DNA from: Nitrospira sp.
GTDB lineage: Bacteria > Nitrospirota > Nitrospiria > Nitrospirales > Nitrospiraceae
Direction: 5' to 3'
Assembly: GCA_047150005.1 (NCBI GenBank)
Contig: AP038806.1
Span: forward strand, 3,488,001 to 3,552,000
Length of the DNA: 64,000 bases
Notes under the pieces: generated by a model
Database searches by the model: none
What the model was told of the DNA's origin: nothing
Seen by the model: the letters and a program-made list of their open reading frames with translations, nothing else
Position numbers and translations under genes: made by a program
Part shown: piece by piece, positions 58,109-64,000 of the stretch
Layout: each line of letters starts with the position of its first letter
Numbering within the stretch: position 1 is the first letter of the stretch

Positions 58109-58963
58109 ATGTTTAAGATTAAGAAAAAGCTCACCAAGACCAAGCCGCCAGAACTGTACAACATCATCGAGGACTATTCGGAATTTGATGCGCCGGGCAA
58201 CGTGACCGTCTGCGCGATGACGCTCACGGAAGATCTGTCGGTGCATGCCAGAATTCTCTCGGAGAGCTACGACGTCCCTCTGGATCAGATGACCGCGCTG
58301 CTTGCGGAGGGCGGCGTCTACGTCTACCCGCAAGTGGGCGGTCTGGTGACGCAGGGTCTTTTTTGTTGCCTGGTCGATCCGACCGGTGCCTCACCCAAAC
58401 AGAGCTGGGTCTTGGATCTCATGCAGTTCGCCGAGGCCGAGCAGTTGAGTCGTGCCAAGTCCTGTCCGTTGCAGGAAGCGGCGGTGAAAGTCTTCCGCCG
58501 CACGCTTTCGGACGAATTGAAAGCAAAGCTGGAACAGAAGAATCTGGGCTTGGACTATCGCACGCTCAGCCCCCAGGTGGCAAAAGGCGGGGACATCAAG
58601 TACATCGATTTCCGGAAGGATTGGTCTCCACATTTCAAGCGCCTCTGCATCATGCCGGACGGACGGCTGGTGGAGACGGGCGGTTTGCCGGAGTTCGCCC
58701 ATCTGCATGGGATCACCCAAGCGCAAGCGAAAACGCTGGTCGGCGAGGGAGGCATCCTGGAAGTCGGTGAGGAGGTCCTGGCCTGTCAGATCGTCAATGG
58801 GCAGCCGGCCGTCGCACGATTCAGCGCGAACAACTACGCGAAAGCGAAAGAACTGGTGCGCACGAAGGGACTCCACCTGATGGACGCGCTCAGCGAGGTC
58901 GGCTACAACGATCCCGCCATGATGCGCGGGCTCGCACGCAAGGAGTTGACCGGTGGCCGTTGA
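58109..58963 (+). CDS. hypothetical protein with internal duplication
   Basis: Long ORF with typical codon bias; two similar halves. Confidence 0.7.
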   Translation: MFKIKKKLTKTKPPELYNIIEDYSEFDAPGNVTVCAMTLTEDLSVHARILSESYDVPLDQMTALLAEGGVYVYPQVGGLVTQGLFCCLVDPTGASPKQSWVLDLMQFAEAEQLSRAKSCPLQEAAVKVFRRTLSDELKAKLEQKNLGLDYRTLSPQVAKGGDIKYIDFRKDWSPHFKRLCIMPDGRLVETGGLPEFAHLHGITQAQAKTLVGEGGILEVGEEVLACQIVNGQPAVARFSANNYAKAKELVRTKGLHLMDALSEVGYNDPAMMRGLARKELTGGR

Positions 58964-59106
58964 CGAAGATCCCCGCAAGGCATTTGTGTGATGACGATCA
59001 TAATTTCTGTGCTCGCGGAGGCGGGCTAAGCCGGGGCAGAACGGGACAGTTCGCCGGTAATATTGCGGCTGGGGGTGCCGTCGTCGGCAAGAACGCGGCT
59101 ATGAAC

Positions 59107-59535
59107 CTATCGGATGGGAAGAGGAGGGGCTTGGGGACCAGCCGGTAGTCTCAGGCGATTTTTCCAAATGTTCCAGAGGAGCGTTCCCACTATGGCTCCG
59201 CTCACATTGCAGACGATATCTACCGGCGAAGGACGCCGATTGTGTGAGTAAACCTGGTAGAGTTCAACGGTACAGGAAAGGAGCAAGGCGAATACGAGGA
59301 GTATTGTGTGAGTAGAGGAATTTGCCGCATCCTTGCATTGAAGAAAGAGTATGGCGAAGGGGACATAGAGTGCAATGTTGGCAAGAATATCGAGCCAAAA
59401 TTCAATCGTTCGAATCTCCGATAGGGGGGGAACCCAGACCACATACTCCCAATGGGAATGCGCCACAAAGACAGAGCCGTATGCCCCACTTGCCAGAATG
59501 AGGAACGTGTAAAGAATCAGTAGTATCGGCCACAT
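59107..59535 (-). CDS. VanZ-like membrane protein
   Basis: DILANIALYVPF, LSCTVELYQ, R..SPVDIVCNVSG; AT-rich relative to its flanks. Confidence 0.75.
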   Translation of the reverse strand: MWPILLILYTFLILASGAYGSVFVAHSHWEYVVWVPPLSEIRTIEFWLDILANIALYVPFAILFLQCKDAANSSTHTILLVFALLLSCTVELYQVYSHNRRPSPVDIVCNVSGAIVGTLLWNIWKNRLRLPAGPQAPPLPIR

Positions 59536-59604
59536 TCCTGTCGGGGGATATTGCTTCCTGCTGACGAATAAGAAGGACTGAGAATATCTGCCGGACAGTG
59601 CTGC

Positions 59605-59967
59605 CTAGCGGGTAAGCTCTTCCTTGACGGCGTCGATTAACCTATTCAAATCGAACGGCTTTTCAAATACCCGCCGGGCGCCGAACAGTTTGGCGACGTC
59701 CAGAAAGTTGCGATCCCCCTGGGCTCCGGTCATGGCGATGACCTTGGCGTCCACATACTCGCGCGTCAGCTGCAGGGTCGCTTCGAGGCCGTCCGTCCCA
59801 GGCATGAGAATGTCCATGATGACCAGATCGACCGGGTTTTTCTGATAGGCGTGCAAGCCCTCTTCTCCGTCCCGTGCCTCGATGACCTGGTACTCGGCTT
59901 TCTCCAAGACATCTTTCAACAGAAGACGGATTGAGTCTTCATCGTCGATGACAAGAATCGTGGCCAT
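59605..59967 (-). CDS. single-domain (CheY-like) response regulator
   Basis: VIDDE, MDILMP, AMTG, EKPF. Confidence 0.92.
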   Translation of the reverse strand: MATILVIDDEDSIRLLLKDVLEKAEYQVIEARDGEEGLHAYQKNPVDLVIMDILMPGTDGLEATLQLTREYVDAKVIAMTGAQGDRNFLDVAKLFGARRVFEKPFDLNRLIDAVKEELTR

Positions 59968-60231
59968 GATGATCAACGCTCCTTGAACCCACTGAATACT
60001 ACCCGCATTGGTGGCGGCTGTCTAGGAAGAATACGATTGCGCGCGGGTGACCATGAAATGCGCAAGGGCCGGCCACGTCCGACTGCGATCGGACACTGCG
60101 ATATCGCGTCGTTCAGACATGGACAAAAATATCAGCGCCGGGGGCTTGACCTCATTCGCCGATATTTGCTACAAACATGTGACACTCATACCACCGCGAC
60201 GCTCACCATCCTTATCATTTCGGAGATTGTC

Positions 60232-60795
60232 GTGTCGTACCAGGATTGGCTCTGGACGCGCCGAGCCTTGCTGAAGACCTCTCTTGTCGGACTGCTTGCC
60301 GTCGGCGGACGTCTCTTCTGTCCTTTGACGTCGCAGGCCAGGACATTGCCGGAAGGCGAACTGGATTTTTACAACGTCCATACCGACGAGCGGCTGCATG
60401 TCCGGTACCGAAACGAGCAGGGTGAGTACGACCTGGGCGCGTTGGACGAGGTCAATCATGTGCTCCGGTGTCACCATACCGGCGAGGTCGCTGCGATGGA
60501 TATCCGCCTGCTCGAGCATGTGAATCTTGTACAGAAGGCCTTGGGTGGAAACGGCGAGATCCACGCGATCTCCGGATATCGGTCGCCGGAATACAATGCT
60601 CTGCTGGTCAAGCGGAGCCGACGCGCAGTACGACACAGTTACCACATCGCAGGGCAAGCACTGGATTTCTACATCCCGGGCACTCCGCTCCGCGCGATTC
60701 GCCAAGCCGCGATGACACTGCAGTATGGAGGCGTCGGATTCTATCCGAGAGCCGGCTTCGTGCATCTCGACTGCGGCCCGGTCCGGTTCTGGTAA
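60232..60795 (+). CDS. YcbK/MepK (DUF882, peptidase M15) murein endopeptidase
   Basis: Tat-like TRRALLK; ISGYRSPEYN, SYH..GQALD, GGVGFYP, FVHLDCG; GTG start inferred. Confidence 0.85.
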   Translation: MSYQDWLWTRRALLKTSLVGLLAVGGRLFCPLTSQARTLPEGELDFYNVHTDERLHVRYRNEQGEYDLGALDEVNHVLRCHHTGEVAAMDIRLLEHVNLVQKALGGNGEIHAISGYRSPEYNALLVKRSRRAVRHSYHIAGQALDFYIPGTPLRAIRQAAMTLQYGGVGFYPRAGFVHLDCGPVRFW

Positions 60796-60841
60796 CCGGC
60801 CCACCGATCGTGTCGCTCCTACGAACGGGGAGGAGATTGTG

Positions 60842-61387
60842 ATGTTTTCGTATCACCGGATGGCCCGGGCCGTCGGCTCCGCCGTCGTGCTCGTCGTTCT
60901 ACTGGGCACCCCCCCGCCCGCATCGGCCGCCGAACAAAGCCGGAAACCGGCCGTCATCAAAGCCGGCACTCAGGTCTCCCTCGAATACACATTGCGGTTG
61001 GAAGATCAGACCGTCTTGGAGTCGAACGTGGGAAAGGCCCCGATGGTGTATCGTCAGGGAGCACATGAAATCGTCCCGGGGCTGGAGCAATCGCTGGAAG
61101 GACATGCCAAGGGCGACACCGCGCGAATTGTCGTGCAACCGTCCGACGGATATGGAGACGTCGATCCGAAAGCCGTCCAAGAGGTCAAGAAGAGCCTCAT
61201 TCCGGAGGCAGCCAGGAAAGTCGGCGCTCAGCTCGAGGCAAAAGGGCCGGACGGGGAGTCGCTCTTTCCACGCGTGACCGCCATGACCGATGATACAGTC
61301 ACGCTGGATTTCAATCATCCGCTGGCGGGGAAAGTGCTCGTGTTCGACGTGACGGTATTGGACGTCCAGGCTGTTCCGCGGAAGTGA
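60842..61387 (+). CDS. FKBP-type PPIase (SlyD-like) with signal peptide
   Basis: VPGLE, GYG, LDFNHPLAGK.LVFDV; N-terminal signal ending PASA. Confidence 0.88.
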   Translation: MFSYHRMARAVGSAVVLVVLLGTPPPASAAEQSRKPAVIKAGTQVSLEYTLRLEDQTVLESNVGKAPMVYRQGAHEIVPGLEQSLEGHAKGDTARIVVQPSDGYGDVDPKAVQEVKKSLIPEAARKVGAQLEAKGPDGESLFPRVTAMTDDTVTLDFNHPLAGKVLVFDVTVLDVQAVPRK

Positions 61388-61392
61388 CGCCG

Positions 61393-63600
61393 CTACCGGT
61401 CTGAATGCCGGCGCAAGTACAAGACCGAGAGCGGGGGCAAGATAAGACTCAGCGAAGCCGGGAAGCCGTGGCTCGGGATCTCCTGCGAGTGCAACCCACC
61501 GGCGTTACCAAGATTGCTGCCGCCGTAGACGGAGGAGTCGGTATTGAGCACCTCTCGATAGTAGCCGGTTCGGGGGACGCCGATGCGGTATGCATGGCGG
61601 GGAACCGGAGTGAAGTTGCAGACGCAGAGCAATTGCACTTCCGAATCTTTGGCTTTTCGGATGAAGGCCACGACCGAATGGGTGGCGTCATGAAAGTCGA
61701 TCCACTGGAACCCCGCCCAGTCGTGATCGATTTCGTGCAGCGGCAGCTGGTTTCGGTACAGCCAGTTTAGATCTCTGACGAGCCGCTGAAGCCCTGCGTG
61801 GGGAGGAAACTCGCTCAGATGCCAGTCCAAGCTGCGGTCGTGGTTCCACTCCCGCCACTGGCCGAATTCTCCCCCCATAAACAGCATTTTCTTGCCCGGA
61901 TGGGCGTACATGAATCCATACAAGGCCCGCAGATTGGCGAACCGTTGCCAGTCATCTCCCGGCATCTTGTCGAGCAGCGCCCCCTTGCCGTGGACGACCT
62001 CATCGTGCGAGAGCGGCAGAAGAAAGTTCTCGCTGAAGGCATACAGCAAGCCGAACGTCAGTTGACTCTGATGGTACAACCGGTGCACGGGCTCATGGTG
62101 GAAATAGTCGAGGGTGTCGTGCATCCAGCCCATGTTCCATTTGAAGGTGAACCCGAGGCCGCCGCTGTAGGTCGGACGGGAAACCCCGGCCCACGACGTT
62201 GATTCCTCCGCCACCATGATGGCGCCTGGAAAGTCTCGATGGACGAGCACGTTCAGGTCTTTCAAGAACAGGACGGCGTCGAGATTTTCGTGGCCGCCGA
62301 ACTGGTTGGGAATCCATTCTCCGGACTTCCTCCCGTAGTCGAGATACAGCATGGACGCGACCGCGTCCACGCGCAACCCATCGATATGGTACCGATCCAT
62401 CCAAAACAGGGCGCTGTTCATCAGGAAGTTGCGCACCTCGACTCGGCCGTAGTTGAAGATACGGCTGTGCCAGTCCGGATGGTAGCCGAGGCGGGGATCG
62501 GCATGGTCGTACAGATGGGTGCCGTCGAATTGCGACAGGCCATGCGGATCGTCGGGAAAGTGGGCCGGGGCCCAATCCATCAGGATGCCGATGCCGTTCT
62601 GGTGCGCCCGGTCGACGAAGACCATGAAGTCTTCGGCCGATCCGTAACGGCTCGTGGCCGCGAAATAGCCGGTGGCCTGGTATCCCCATGAGGCGTCGAA
62701 CGGATGTTCGGTGAGCGGCAACAACTCCAAATGGGTAAATCCCATCTCTTTCGCATAGGGGATCAGCCTGTCCGCCAATTCGCGATAGGTGAGCCACCGG
62801 TTGTCCTCTTCGGCAATTCTCATCCACGAACCGAGATGGACTTCATAGACGGAGAGGGGCGCACCGAGCGGATCCCATTTCGCCCGCGCGTCCATCCACG
62901 CATGATCGTTCCATGTGTAGGTCGCGGTATCCGTCACGACGGAAGCGGTTTTGGGCCGGAGTTCCGACGCGAACGCGTAAGGATCGGCCTTGAGCAGAAT
63001 CGTGTCCTGTCCACGCGGACGGATTTCATACTTATAGAGGGTTCCGGATCCCAACTCGGGAATGAAGAGTTCCCATAATCCGGTCGAGCCGCGGTTGGCC
63101 ATCGGATGGCGTCGTCCATCCCATTGATTGAAATCGCCGACGACGCTGACGCGGGCCGCGTTGGGAGCCCACACGACAAAGTGAACACCGGATACTCCGC
63201 GGACATCGCGCAGATGCGCGCCCATCGTCTCATAAGCCCGGTAGAATGTTCCTTCCGAGAAGAGATGTAACTGGTAGTCCGTGAGCAACGGCGCAAAGGC
63301 ATAGGCATCGTATCCGTCGGAGACCTGTCCGTGGCGATCGAGGACGCGCAATCGATACGGCCTAGTCGACAATGGGCCGGGGATGAGGCATTCGAACAGC
63401 CCGCTTTTGTGGACGCGCTGCATGGAGATCGGTTCGGCTCCGTCCAGGAGCACAGAGACTCTCTCGGCTTCAGGGTTGAAGCTGCGAATGGCGACCGCTC
63501 CGGAGCCGTCGTCCGACGGGTGCGCGCCGAGCAGCGCGTGGGGATCCCAGAGCCTTCCCTGCACCAACTGTTCAATATCTTCAAGAGAAAGTTTCGACAT
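61393..63600 (-). CDS. glgB: 1,4-alpha-glucan branching enzyme
   Basis: WAPNA, YEVHLGSW, SWGYQ, DGLRVDAVASM, AEEST, LSHDEVVHGK. Confidence 0.97.
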   Translation of the reverse strand: MSKLSLEDIEQLVQGRLWDPHALLGAHPSDDGSGAVAIRSFNPEAERVSVLLDGAEPISMQRVHKSGLFECLIPGPLSTRPYRLRVLDRHGQVSDGYDAYAFAPLLTDYQLHLFSEGTFYRAYETMGAHLRDVRGVSGVHFVVWAPNAARVSVVGDFNQWDGRRHPMANRGSTGLWELFIPELGSGTLYKYEIRPRGQDTILLKADPYAFASELRPKTASVVTDTATYTWNDHAWMDARAKWDPLGAPLSVYEVHLGSWMRIAEEDNRWLTYRELADRLIPYAKEMGFTHLELLPLTEHPFDASWGYQATGYFAATSRYGSAEDFMVFVDRAHQNGIGILMDWAPAHFPDDPHGLSQFDGTHLYDHADPRLGYHPDWHSRIFNYGRVEVRNFLMNSALFWMDRYHIDGLRVDAVASMLYLDYGRKSGEWIPNQFGGHENLDAVLFLKDLNVLVHRDFPGAIMVAEESTSWAGVSRPTYSGGLGFTFKWNMGWMHDTLDYFHHEPVHRLYHQSQLTFGLLYAFSENFLLPLSHDEVVHGKGALLDKMPGDDWQRFANLRALYGFMYAHPGKKMLFMGGEFGQWREWNHDRSLDWHLSEFPPHAGLQRLVRDLNWLYRNQLPLHEIDHDWAGFQWIDFHDATHSVVAFIRKAKDSEVQLLCVCNFTPVPRHAYRIGVPRTGYYREVLNTDSSVYGGSNLGNAGGLHSQEIPSHGFPASLSLILPPLSVLYLRRHSDR

Positions 63601-63700
63601 GATCGACAGACCTCATTTCCATCCGCTATGGTACGTGGTTCGAACCTCGATAGGAAAGAGGAAAAGAATCCAGATTTGTGGTGAACCGGTTGTGACCAAT

Positions 63701-64000
63701 ATGTCCGACGTCTCCATCGCGCTTCTCATATTCGGCCTCACGTACCTCCTCATTATCACGGAGCGTATCCATAAGACCATCATTGCGCTGTTCGGCGCCA
63801 CCCTGATGATCGCCCTCGGCATCGTCACCCAGGAGGAGGCCTTCTACTCCCATGAGTTCGGGGTCGATTATAACGTCGTCTTTCTCCTGATCGGCATGAT
63901 GGTCATCGTCAATATCGTCCGTGAAACGGGGTTGTTCGAAGTCCTGGCCGTCTGGACGGTGCAATGGTCCGACGCGAAACCCTTTCGGATGCTCCTGTTG
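63701..64000 (+). CDS. ArsB/NhaD (IT superfamily) transporter, truncated by the window edge
   Basis: Manual translation MSDVSIALLIFGLTYLLIITERIHKTIIALFGA...VDYNVVFLLIGMMVIV...TGLFE. Confidence 0.8.
   Translation, partial: MSDVSIALLIFGLTYLLIITERIHKTIIALFGATLMIALGIVTQEEAFYSHEFGVDYNVVFLLIGMMVIVNIVRETGLFEVLAVWTVQWSDAKPFRMLLL

Overview
A ~60% GC bacterial chromosomal segment; gene content and protein sequences suggest Nitrospira/Nitrospirota (inference, not a database result). Most of it is housekeeping: chdC/hemQ, cinA-thpR, recA-recX-alaS-ruvX-mltG-deoC-deoB-like-Rid, valS-nadC-birA-coaX-grpE-dnaK-dnaJ-rsmE, cobB, panE, tadA, an ECF sigma/anti-sigma pair and glgB. The main accessory element is a ~11.7 kb three-gene lipopeptide cluster between tRNA-Ser(CGA) and tadA. 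It encodes a 3078-aa FAAL-ACP-C-A-PCP-C-A-PCP-TE synthetase, a SyrD/PvdE-type ABC exporter and an Sfp-type PPTase. The synthetase has non-canonical active sites: C1 HRxxxDG, C2 HHxxxDQ, and a Cys-nucleophile TE lacking the usual His. Other notable items: an intact 834-bp IS5-family element that clips the end of a small gene; a 215-bp MITE-like element with perfect 20-bp TIRs; a DeoB homologue that has lost most metal ligands; an exported IPT/TIG protein with three DGxCC motifs paired with a YCF48-like propeller; a RomR-like regulator beside valS; a PanE-molybdopterin-domain fusion; a Cas4-like/RNase H-like double nuclease; and several structured intergenic palindromes. All family calls come from motif recognition by eye.
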